A DNA stretch of 64,000 bases from Podarcis erhardii. Taxonomy: Eukaryota. The position numbers and the translations under genes were made by a program. This document shows positions 37,801 through 48,387 of the stretch, one piece after another. The first letter of the stretch is position 1; the number at the start of each line of letters is the position of its first letter. Where the stretch lies: the NCBI GenBank assembly GCA_964252035.1, contig OZ176200.1. One strand, written 5' to 3'. The notes under the pieces were generated by a model. The model made no database searches. It was not told the origin of the DNA and worked only from the letters and a program-made list of their open reading frames with translations.

Positions 37801-40800
37801 GAAAAGTGTCCAGCAGCCTCAGTTGGTGCAGCCTGCAGCAGCCAGATTTTTAAGCACAGCTGGTTCATCCCACAGCTGGGATCATCTTGCTAAAATAGCT
37901 ACACTGGCTTCCAAGTTATTTCTAGGCACAATTTGAAGTGCTGGTCATAACCTTTGCAGTCCTAAACAACTTAGAACAAGGATGTTTGGTGGATAGCCTG
38001 TCCTTGTCCCCCATTGTTCAGATCTTCTAAAGAGGCTTCATTGAATCACACCAGTTTCCAAGCTGTAGAAATGAGAAAGGGCATTCTGCTGCACCTGAAG
38101 TGTGTCATTCTCTCCCTTCAAAAGCAGATACCTCACTCCCTTATCCCAGGCTTTGGTTTGTAAGATTATGTGTCTTAGGCTCTTGCTACTGTGTCTACTG
38201 TTAATATTTTATCTGCTCTTTTCTTACAGCTGCTATAGTCTATTAATCCCAGTTGCTTGTATTTTTGCTAGTGCATTGCTATTGTCTTTATTTTTGTATT
38301 TATTATTACCACCTTTAGTATAATTCATAGAAAGATGGGGGTAAAAATATTCATTATAAATGCACAATATAAAGCTTGAAAATGTTGCCTTTATATAACT
38401 GTTTACTACTCTCAAACCTCTCAACCAAAGAGTTCAACTGGAATCAAAGCTAAGTCAACAAAGTAACTATCAAGGAGCAATTTTATATACAGAATAAAGC
38501 AAGAATAAGAATATTAGTTTTAGGCACCAAATTAATTGGACATCACATGAGTGTTATCCAGGCATAAAGATGGATACGAACAGAAGCTTGCAAGATATAC
38601 TCAATTATACTCTATTTTCAATTTTATGCTATCATCTAGTCACCAAATAGACAAGAGAGTTAAACAACCACTACAATTTAACTTATATTTTTCACTGAGC
38701 AAGATTTTTAAAAAAAAAATTGAAAAGCTATCTGGCACAACAATCTCCTTAAGAGTGAATACAATGTTCCAATAGGAAACAGCTTGCCTACATTTTTCAC
38801 AGTGCAGTTTAACTTTGTGTTAAATAGTTCTCCAATACATCCTTAGCTAGCATTAACATTGAAAAGAAGATATTTTCACTTTCTATTCCAAATAAAGCCT
38901 TCTACTTCCTTCACATTAACTTTTACACCTTTAACAAATACTATCTTTTCACTTGACCCAATGCAATCAAAGACACCGAAAACTGCTGTGCTTACTTCTA
39001 AGCTCTATCAGCATGAATGCAACCTATTTAAATGAAAAGGAAATTATCAATTTTAACATAGAAATTTAAAATAAAATAAAAAATAAAATAGTCATACCTC
39101 GGATTAAATCTGCTTCAGGTTGAGCGCTTTTGGGTTGCGCTCTGCAGCAACCCGGAAGTAATGGAACATGTTACTTCTGGGTTTCACCGTTCGCACATAT
39201 GCAGACGGTCAAAATGACGTTGCGCGCATGTGCGGAAGGGCGAATCGTGACCCGCACACACACGCAGTTGCAGGTTGCATTCTGGATGCGAACGGGGCTC
39301 CGGAACGGATCCCGTTCGTATCCAGAGGTACTACTGTATTTGCAACCTGCAAAGTATTTATTATCTGAATCAATAATTGTGGATCATATTTGATTACACA
39401 GCAGATAAAAAAGGTAATCCTTCCTACTTGATGATATTTGGAGCCAGATTTAGCAACAATTTAAAATCGGTACATCCATGACAACCATGTTAGAAAATGG
39501 CAGAGCATTTTCCCAGTTTAAGGGGATGGGGAGCATTACATACACAGCAGCAAGATTGTGTGTACAAATGCAGTGTGTGGCTCCCCTCTCTGTCTAGTTG
39601 CAGGACCCATGGTGCGGAAATCCTGCTACTTGGTAAAGGAAGGATTTTATTCAGTTCCCACACCTATCCTTCCTTAACGTCAGGTAACTTATGAAATTTT
39701 AAACTATAAAAAGGGTTCTGTGTAGCCCTAGCTGATCCCCACATGTATTAATTTGAGGTGCTATTTATACCTAATGCAAGAGTATATACTGTATCATTTT
39801 TTTTACATAATGGACACTATCCATGGAGCTAGCATACAGGTGTTGGTGACAGTGCTGGCACATGAGACGTATTCCATGCGTTCCTTGGAGGCAAGCTTCC
39901 ATGTGCTTTCCTTCCACTATCTATTGGGAGGTTAGACTGGAGAAGCTGCTCAAAGGAAGCTGACAAAATATGTATAAGTTTTGCTTAGGGCAGTCACAGG
40001 ATGAGCCACCAGACTGGGTACTGTACTCTTATAGGTTAATTATAAACACAAAAAGTAAGCTATTTATCTTTAAAGACTTAAATAAAAGTATAATTATCTA
40101 TAATTTGTACCAGAATTTTCATCCGCAGTTGTGTTCTGTCAAGTTCTACCTGCGCTGGAGAAATGGGGCAGGTAGCCAAAGCTGGTAAAACACACCCCTA
40201 GCCACCAAGGCTACATATGTCTCCAGTGACAAAGCTGGGGTATACAACCCTATCCAAAACAGGCAATTGGCCAGTTTCTTGGACATGGGATCCACTCATC
40301 CAGAGTCTTGCCAGGATTTAAGCTCAGCTTAATTTCCCTCATACATCTCAGTGGGTTTTTTTAAAAAATAATTTATTTAACTATTTATAATATGCACTTT
40401 CATAAAGTATATCAAGTGCTGCATTCAGGCACTGGTGCAAAGCCTCCAGCTTCAGATAAATGGAGCTGAGTGTCATCAGTATACTGATAACATCTTACCA
40501 CAAAACTCCTAATGACCACTCCCAACAGTTCTAGAGATATTAAATAGCACAGAGGTTAAAAATACAGCCCTGCAGCACCCCACAGTGCAAGTGCCAGAGC
40601 AGAAAAGCACTCTCCCATGCTCATTCTGGAGGTTATCAAAAGCTGCGCAGATCAAGAAACAGGAGTACAGCTGCACTCCGCTTGTCCCATTGTTGATAAA
40701 AGTCATCCATAAGGGGGACTGAGACTGACTTGGTGTTATGGCCAGGCCTAAAGTCAGATTGAAATGGGTGTAGATCAAGGGTTCCCAAGCATCATACAGG

Positions 40801-43800
40801 TGGTTTGGAGTGTCTGTAATAAAATTTAAGAATCACAAAACATCTAGCACAGCTCATTACAATTGCTACACCAGGCATAAAATTAAGTGATCAGTCAAGA
40901 ACATCAGCAATTTTCAAATGGTTCATGGGGGAAGATTGGGAGCCACTGGCCTAAATAATCTGTGGCATCTAAGAATGTCTTCAAGTTTCCCCACTAGGAC
41001 CCTCTCCACCAACTTTCTAGAAAAGAGGTATTTACAACTAGCTGGTAGTTATTCCAAACCAAAAGGTCCAGGGCTAATTTCCTTGAGAGTGGTCATCCCA
41101 CCACACCTTTCGAATCAGCAGAAACCACACTCTGACACAGAGAAGCATTAACAAATCCTGAACACAATCAGTAAAAGTCTGTTAGATTTAGGAACAGGGA
41201 TCAAGCGGGCACATAGTTGTGAACAAAGTATAGGTGCAAGCACTTTGCCCTTATGTGGCTGCATAAACTAAAACCAATTCCACGAAAATCACAGACTCTG
41301 GCATTGGCTACTTTGACTACAAGCGAAACAAAAGCAGTGTCAAGGTCACTCTGAAGTAAACGAACTTTATGCTCAAAGTGTGCAGCAAGTTGCTCACAGC
41401 AGCTCCCTGAATGCTCCAGAGGTTCTTCCCCCACAGTGGGAGTCAGCAACCTTTGGACGATCTGAAATAGCTCTGCCAAACAACTACTAGATGTAATGCA
41501 AGCTGCGAAATATGCATTCTTTGCCACCTGTGCTGCCACATGGTAGTCACAATTATGTTCACTAACCACTGTTGGTGGGCTTCAAACTATGTCCTGTACC
41601 ATCTGGCCTTTAGTCTTTTGTCCAGCTCATTTCATTGCCTGTAGCTCTCCAGAATACCAAGGTGCCAGTTGGGCTCTGCAACACCAGAAAGGATGCTTAG
41701 GACCAATTGTATCAACCAAACAGCCATATTATTTCAACATCTATAGAAAAGACCAGAAATTTGACAGGCTCAGCAGATTTCTCTACTAGAAGCCCCCAGT
41801 GTGTTCAGGAACCCAGGAGGTTTCATCAGTCTCCAAGGGTGGCCATTCAAACAGGCCCACCATCTTTGCCAGGGAGAATTGCCACCATTTTGCCAAAGTT
41901 TACCTGAGAGTTATCTGTCCATGGCCAGGGAGTGCATTTTACCCCCCTACCTTCAGTCTATCACTCAAGGTAAAAACTGCATCAAGCATGTGCCCTGCCC
42001 GGGGTGTTGAACTGATGACATCTAAGACACCTCCATGGTTGTCATAGAAGCCATGAAGTCCCAAGCTGGCCCTCTAGCAACAGCTATGTGGGTACTGAAA
42101 TTGCACAGGTCTATCGTCCTGGGGTCCTCCAGCACCATGCTAGAGAACATCTTTGTCAGGGAAGCAACTGGCCAGCAGGGAGGTCAATATACCAGCAGCA
42201 TCACCATTCTGTCCATCCGGTACAACACCAGGTGCAAACCTTCTAAGCACACCCAAATGTCAAGAGGTTTTCTGGTAAAGGAGGTGATACTTATGTGGAT
42301 AATGGAAGTACACACTCCCCTCAGTCTGCCCTAGTGCTGTAACAAATACCCAACCTTCCATAATACATACCAGGTCAGTCCTCTCACCACAATCCAATTG
42401 TGAATGGTTCACATAAATTTGGGCTACATATTAAAAACTAGGGACCAATAATAAATGAATCCTACACAGTCAGTTGTTCCTCTCTCTGTTCCCAGTTCTG
42501 GGAAATGCACCATACCCAACCTCTCATCTTGAGTTACGGTCACAGGTTTGTTTCTCCTACAATGCCTATCCCTAACTGAAATACACTGGATGAGAGGGCT
42601 GCAGTCCCAAAATATTTGGAAGGCACCAGGTTGTAGTAAGCAGTCTTAGGCCATCTAATCTATACTTCTCTCCAACATGTGTCATTTAAGGATGTTCCTT
42701 GATGACTATTTGTCACTGGAAGCCTAAATGGCTTCTATGGCCAGGAAGACCTTTTTCCAGTTACAGCTGGGTCACCAGTTACAGCCTTCCCTAGACCAGA
42801 ATAGCTTGGCCACAGTTTTGCAGTTCTAGTAACTTTCCAGACCCTGAAGATGGTTTGGAAACTGAAGCTGGTACAGAACGCTACTTCTAGAGTGCAAGCT
42901 TGAATTTTGATGTAGCGTCACATACTATCTTGCAGAATCTGCACTGGCAGCCTTTATGCCACTAGGCCTCATTTAAGATGCCGCCGCTGACGTATAAAGC
43001 CCTGAGCTACTTGGGACCTGCCTGGCCTTGAGTTCAGCAGAGGATTGCTTGTTGTTCTCACCCAACTTCCAGCAAGTATTCACACTGTTGTTCAGGTATG
43101 AAAGAAAAGGCTTTTGTGATAGCTGAGTCACAGTTAAGGAACTCTCTTGTCCTAGTGGCATGGACACCTACACTTTTATTGAGCTTTCCCCGCTATCACA
43201 TCAATACATCTTTATTTTGCCAGTCCTGTGTTGGATCTGTTTAAGTCTTCTTATCCACAAGTCTTTATATTTTAATTGTTGCCTGAATCTGTGCATTTCT
43301 ATAATGTCTTGAGTTTATAGGACATTTTGTTTGTGTTTACTACTTCTGCTTTTAACTGCTTGTGTTGTTTATACTGTGTTGGCAATTTTGGTACTGGACA
43401 TTCAATGCCATTTTGTGGTCTTTTTCAGTGAAAAATGGAACATAAAAACCAAAATAAATGTGGAGCTTCCTAAAAGTCAATACAGAAAGGTTCCTAAGCC
43501 TGAAATATGATGCTTATACATGGGGTTCTGAAATATTTTCATTTAAAAGATTTGCACATCAAAGTTTGATTCTGGGATCAATATATATACTATTTAACCC
43601 AATGGTGCACTCCCATGCACCTTTACTTGGAAGTAAACTCTGCTAAATTCAGTAATTACTCCCAAGTAAACAAAGTCAAACAGGTTTAAAATTACGTGAG
43701 CCCTACCAGATAAGGCCAAAGACCTATCTAGGCAGCCTTTTTGTTTTCACATGAACACAGCAGTCCTCTCTTGTTGCTTCCTGCCTACTGCTCCTCTGAT

Positions 43801-45900
43801 CATTGAAACAGTATGCCACCACCATGACCAGCAACCATGATTCTGATCCTCTTTTAAAGCTAAACTGGTAGCTATCACTACATCTTGTGTGGTAGCAAAT
43901 TCCATACTCTGTGCTGAACCCTTTAAAATTCGCCTCCATTTGATTACCCCAAGTTCTAACACTGAGAAAACGAGACATTTCCTGTCTGCTTTCTCCATGC
44001 CATGGATAATTCTATTCATCGATAATGTCCCTTTCTACTTGTTTTCTTCTAACCCCCCCCCCAATCGTCAACGAATAAATCTTAACCTTCCTCACAAGGG
44101 AATTCCTACAGCCCATTGATAATTTTGGTCTCCTTTAAACACTTGATCTTTCCATGCCAGCTGGTCATTACAAGAACTCTTAAGAATTTGGTTTTCTTTC
44201 TTCCTCCTCCCCCTCAATCTCTTTTGTGTGATGTTTCATATCATACACCTAGGGACATTTGGAAGCAACCCTGGAAGGCGGCTTCTTTTTTTTTGTTTTT
44301 TACTAAAGAGCTGGATAAACATTCTTTAATTAAATTAATTAATTAATTAATTAAGATTAACCAAATTAACGTGATACAAAGAGCTTGGTGTCTTTAAGAC
44401 TCCTGTGCAGCCAGTGGAACTTTTATCACATCACCCCCATCACAACTATAATAATTTAGCTTTTCAAACTCATTGGTGCTTTAGAAGTGGCATGCCATTT
44501 AAGTTCCACTGAACATGCAGATGAACTGGAATGATTCTCTGGACTGTAGTGCCAGTATTTTTATAAACCCATACAATGTATCAGTTTTGTGGAAGGAAGA
44601 GACTAACTTTTCACTAGAATGGGTTACTCCAGCAGCATAGTCTCAGCTTCCAATCATGTATTCCCCCAAAAGCTCAATTCTAAAGTGCAGCTTGGTCCAA
44701 TGCATGCTGACACTTGAGAGGAAGTCTCACTGTGCCCCAGGTGTACAAAGGCAATTCTGACAAAGAGCATAGGGCAACTTAGGTGGCTATAATTTAAAAA
44801 TGCTGCCCACGAGGGCTGATTTCCCTTCCTGGCCTAGACTTTGCGACAGACATCCTTCCCAACAAAGCAGCCTGAGCTCTCGTCACCCAGGGCCGGAGCC
44901 GCAGCCAGCCCGCCTGAGGCGTTTCATACACGCCGGAGCCCTTTAACGTCGCCGTTAACCAGGGCGCACCCATCTTCAACGGGGCAGCGAGGGCATGTTT
45001 TCATCTGGCGTCTACGACTCGGCTATGGAAATAGTAACTAAAATGGGAGGGCACGGGGGGGGGGGTTGCGCGCACACAGACACAGAGAGAGCGGAGGCTG
45101 CGCGTCTCTGGCAGGAAGGAAGCTTTGCCGGGCCTTTGTGCAGCACCCGCCGTCGCTCACACAATGAGCCTCCCTCTCTGGGAAGAACCGCTGCCTCTCG
45201 CCGCCGCCGCCATGTTGGGTCCTGGCCGGCTCCATGTGCACCGGGGGGGGGGAGGGAGAGAAAGAAAGAGAGGCGGGAAGAGTAGAGAGGAGAAAGAGGG
45301 TCGCTCGTAGTTCGGCCGCCACCGAGCCTTCAAAGCCGCACTTCGGGCGGGAAGCGAGGAGAGGGCGGGGGGCGGATTGGAAAGGCAGTTAAGCCCCCGG
45401 GCTCCAACGGCCCCCCAAACGCGTCCCGTTGGCGGCGGAAAAAAAGAACAAAGGGAGAAGGCCGCACCGCCTCCCCTCGGCCGCGGAAACAAAAGGCGGG
45501 GTAGGCCGGCAGGGCCCCGAAGGGAAGGCACGGCGATAGGCGGCTACGCCTCCCGCCCGGCCCCACCAGATAAGATAGCGGCATCGGCCGGTGGGGGGGG
45601 GGAGGAGAAGAGATTGAGGGGGAGGGGGGGTTTGCGCCTCCGCACCTTTTTCTTCTCCAGGTTGCGCAACTTCTTGTCGATGACGCCCAGAATCTGCTTC
45701 ATGGCCTCGGTCTGCACCGAACTCGTGCTGCCGCCCGGAGCCGACGCCGACGCCGCTTGGGATGGAGCCGCCCCAGCAGCTACCGTTGCCGCGGCTGCCG
45801 TTGCCGGAGGCGCCGCCGACGCCGCCTCGTTCCCGGTTTTGCCGCCGCCGCCGCTGCTGCTGCCGCTGCTCGCCATCGCGCTGCTGGTGGCCGAGGGCAT
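16532..45900 (-). CDS. CAPRIN1: Caprin-1 (cell cycle associated protein 1), complete, 722 aa
   Basis: Coding exons in transcript order: 45646-45900, 32816-32878, 32369-32455, 31100-31338, 30900-30982, 27988-28122, 26973-27025, 26802-26888, 24154-24309, 23509-23617, 23012-23073, 22202-22312, 21793-21942, 21435-21588, 20748-20942, 19793-19893, 17996-18059, 16532-16596 (2169 nt including TAA). Translation MPSATS...VQTEAMKQILGVIDKKLRNLEKKKGKLDDYQ...QGPYNFMQDSMLEFE (G3BP-binding region)...RGG-rich C-terminus ending RGMPQMNAQQVN*. One GC donor after 22202. Confidence 0.98.
17664..17669 (-). terminator. Candidate intronic poly(A) signal in the last CAPRIN1 intron
   Basis: AATAAA 300 nt after the read-through stop at 17970, followed by the U/GU-rich TGCATTATTTGTAGCCTGTTCAGAAATTCTGTTTT. 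Confidence 0.45.
18151..18514. mobile_element. Tc1/mariner-type MITE in the CAPRIN1 intron upstream of exon 17996-18059
   Basis: TA-CCATATTTTTCGCTCTGTAAGACGCAC...GTGTGTCGTATAGAGTGAAGAATACGG-TA. Confidence 0.8.
23678..24018. mobile_element. Tc1/mariner-type MITE in the CAPRIN1 intron between exons 24154-24309 and 23509-23617
   Basis: TA-CCATATATACTCGAGTATAAGCC...GGCTTATACTCAAGTATATACGG-TA with a GC-rich core. Confidence 0.85.
25821..25855. repeat. (CA)n microsatellite
   Basis: Seen directly: about 17 units. Confidence 0.95.
27160..27634. mobile_element. Tigger-like non-autonomous DNA transposon, left end not resolved
   Basis: Right TIR AACCAAGGTACCACTG-TA at 27619-27636. Contains (ATTG)7 at 27276-27303. 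The left boundary is approximate. Confidence 0.55.
34164..34720 (-). mobile_element. CR1 LINE 3' fragment
   Basis: TAGAATCATGAGTTG...GGTCATCCTGTCC tail and decayed CR1 ORF2 3' sequence (CCCCTTCTCTGGACATATTCCAGTTTGTC...TATTCCAGATG). Confidence 0.65.
36292..36522. mobile_element. Tc1/mariner (pogo/Tigger-like) MITE
   Basis: TIRs CAGTGGTAGCTCGG...TGAGGTACCACTG with TA on both sides. Same family as 60781-61022. Confidence 0.85.
36525..36764. mobile_element. Tc1/mariner (pogo/Tigger-like) MITE, second family
   Basis: TIRs CAGTGGAACCTTGGTT / AACCAAGGTTCCACTG with TA flanks. Confidence 0.85.
36775..37013. mobile_element. Tc1/mariner (pogo/Tigger-like) MITE, third family
   Basis: TIRs CAGTGGTACCTTGGT / ACCAAGGTACCCCTG with TA flanks. 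Confidence 0.85.
37430..38110 (+). mobile_element. L2 LINE ORF2 3' fragment
   Basis: Frame fragments WIRTNKLNLHPNKTEVLL and YYCNALYIGMLLKSVQQPQLVQPAAAR resemble L2 RT C-terminal motifs (WM..NKLKLNPDKTE; LDYCNALY.GLP...LQLVQNAAAR). Confidence 0.75.
39091..39336. mobile_element. Tc1/mariner MITE (left TIR degenerate)
   Basis: GTCATACCTCGG at the left and CCAGAGGTACTACTG-TA at the right. CpG-rich interior with internal inverted repeats. Confidence 0.65.
40500..42340 (-). mobile_element. L2 LINE ORF2 relic (endonuclease end to RT start)
   Basis: Fragments AAQVAKNAYFAACITSSS..AELFQIVQRLL...CEQLAAHFEHKVRLLQSDLD and LICAAFD resemble the L2 linker and the LDLSAAFD motif. Many stops and frameshifts. 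Confidence 0.7.
42880..43330 (+). mobile_element. L2 LINE 3' end fragment
   Basis: CACTGGCAGCC...TTTAAG...ACGTATAAAGCCCTGAGCTACTTGGGACCTG corresponds to LHWLP..FK.L.LTYKAL..LGP, followed by a T-rich 3'UTR. Confidence 0.6.
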
Positions 45901-47100
45901 CGCTTAACTGAGGAGAGAAGAGCGCGGCGTTACGGGATTCGAAGGGCAGGGAGGGAGGGAGGGGGCGAGAGAGCGCGCGAGTCAGCCCTTGAAGGGAAGC
46001 GGGCGAACGGACGGGCCGCCGGAGGGGACACGGCGCGCCAGGGGAGGGGGAGAAAGGAAACGCCTCCTGCCCGGAATCCTTTTATTCTGTTGTTTTAATT
46101 ATCTCCCCACCCCCTTTTCTCGAACGCGCGACTCAGACCGCACCTGTCGGCGCGCGCCCAGCGATTCTAAGGCAACCTGACTTGTAAGGTCCGTCAGCGG
46201 AAGGGAGGGGGAAAAAAAGAAAGGCAGCCCTTCGCGCGGGCGCGTGCTCGGCACGGCCCACGTGACCGGCGGCCTGCCCGCAGCGCCGTTCCCTCCTCCT
46301 CCCGCCCAACAGTCTTGGAGGAGCCACCCCTCCTTTAGCTCAATCCTTTCTCCGACAGCGCCCGCCCCCCCCCCCACACGCACTCCCATCGGTCCGTCCG
46401 GCCCTCCTTTCACTCCTCGCTCCCTCACCGTGTGTGCTTGGTGCGCGCGCACGTGTGTGAGAGAGAATGGAAATGAGTATCCCTAGGGCGCGCGGGAGGG
46501 CAAGAAGGGGACGGCCCAATGTGGGTGTCTGCGCGCGCGAGGGGGGGGGAGGGGGACGGCCGCCTCTGCCCACTCCAGCCCCGTCACTTTCGCCGCTCCT
46601 CCTTGTTACCTCTGCGCCGAGATACGGAGGGGAAAGAGAAAGAGGAGGGAGGGAAGGCCAAGAGCGCACGCGCACGCGAGGGGCGGGGCAGAGCAAAAAA
46701 GGAGGGGGCGAGCGACCGGGCTGAGGGAGGGAGCGGGGTCCTCATCCGTTAGGGCTGCCCTCGCAGAGCGCCTGATCGGCAAGCGGCTAAAGCAGCTCAC
46801 GCCCGTCTCCCGAGTGTGCCTTCGCGAGAGCCTGAATATTATGACGCCGGTCTTTCAGGCGCAAGGCCACCTAAGCGGAGGAGCACAATGGTGAGGCGGA
46901 GTGAGACGCTTGCCCTCGCCTTGAAAGGCCGCGGGGCGGAGTTCCCGGTCGGGCTGGGCGGCGAATCTGCTCTCTTTTTTTTTTGGCGTGGTACGTCCGA
47001 GCCCTTAGATGGCGGGGAGGCGGGCCTCTCTGAAAGCGCTGCATTCCCACGTGAAAGGGAATCTCCAGGTTTAGACACGCGTCATTAAAAACCAATAAGA
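44780..47100. promoter_or_regulatory. CpG island spanning the CAPRIN1 promoter, exons 1-2 and the start of intron 2
   Basis: About 2.3 kb of very GC- and CpG-rich sequence (GCGCGC runs, GC boxes, CACGTG, a YY1-type CGCCATGTT at 45209-45215). Confidence 0.88.
46429..46620 (-). other. CAPRIN1: Probable non-coding exon 1 of CAPRIN1
   Basis: Strong donor CACG|GTGAGG at 46429|46428 inside the CpG island. The exon 2 acceptor is CTCCTCAG| at 45908, 7 nt before the ATG. The TSS position is approximate. Confidence 0.6.
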
Positions 47101-47976
47101 TGCTGGTTTCTGTCACTGGCTGGGCAGCAGCTGCTCGCCAGGTATTTACTTGGCGACTGTTTTGCAAGGTTTTTTTGTGGGTTGCTTACTGGAAAGCGAA
47201 GGCGGTTGTTTGTGTTGGCACTTGGAAAATATTCAGTATTAACCTAAGTCTCCGTGGTCCTCTGGGCAAAAGTGTGGCACCCATTTCGGAACAGTGATTA
47301 AGTGTACTGGAAGATCTCTAGCGGTTTTGAATTTTCAACATAGGTACGGTCATGGTAACTGGACTTAAATTTATGTATCCTGGGTACGTGGCTGCCTTAG
47401 TAAAACCCTTATATCTAGGGTGGTTGTTGGGTTTTTTTCAAAACATTGCCCTCTGGACTTTGGAGAAGGGATGGTTAACGTATTAGTAAACCAGCATGAT
47501 TTACAGTCGGTGTGGTGGCAGATGCTACTTCTGTAGGCGGAGGTGCCTAATCAAGGTTTCAAATTCTGAATATTTGGGAACTTGCTTTTGGTAAACGATG
47601 AAATAAATAAATCATATCACAGGAAAATTATCTAAAGTGATAGTGGATAATTATTTGTTTTACAAAAGGCTTTATAGAAGTATTCTTTTTGGCAGCCTGT
47701 TGCAACTAGGTGTAGTCACCAAATCCATAGAGGAGGGCCCAAATTTTCCCCCCAGGAAGTTGTGTTCAGGGCCAGTAGTAAAAAAAGTTAAATGAATAAA
47801 AATATGCCTTCTAGGCAGGAAAATGACCAGGATTTTTAAGTCGTGCAGTGAAGGAACTGAGCTGTAGAAACACCCATACTGTGACGACACACCCTGCTAT
47901 TCAGGTTACAACCTGCACATACACAGGCAAACACAATAACTGTGTTTCCCTAGAGTTGCTTTGACATCCCTTGATC

Positions 47977-48387
47977 TTAAATAATAAGTCTATTGAGAAA
48001 GCAAGAAATAGGTTTGATACACCAGGTCAGGAGAGCTCTGACTAAATATCTGCCACTATTGGGCCAGCCACAAAATATATTCCATCTCTCGAACTTAAAA
48101 CTATAGCAACACCCATTTGAGAGAACTTGCTGGTTTTTTATCCACATCTGGGCACCATAATTCCAAACATCGTGAATGCAAGTCTGCAAACGTACAGGTT
48201 GCTTTGTTCTTCTACTTTTTAATTGTAAAATTACATAGAGATCTTTTCTGCAGTTGTGAAGCAGTTCTACAGCGAGGTTCCAAGAGCCGTGGCAAGTATA
48301 GAGGCAAGGGAAGAAGAGAGTTGAAACTCTTAGAAAGCAGCTGTTTGCAATGAAGCAACGCTTTAAAGATTTTGTGAGACAACTCAA
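47977..48387 (-). mobile_element. Possible decayed non-LTR RT C-terminal fragment
   Basis: Only the motif SW...YGAQMWI resembles the LYGAxxW segment that follows LINE RT domains. The clade is undetermined. Confidence 0.3.

Noticed and set aside
45377-46098. Plus-strand ORFs of 176 aa and 113 aa antisense to CAPRIN1 exon 2, and other ORFs in the CpG island
   Set aside because: Shadow ORFs of GC-rich triplet-repeat coding sequence with no independent coding signal.
46860-47350. Divergent plus-strand gene or lncRNA from the CAPRIN1 promoter
   Set aside because: Possible donors exist (about 47140 and 47344), but there is no downstream exon chain or convincing ORF. It cannot be supported without RNA data.
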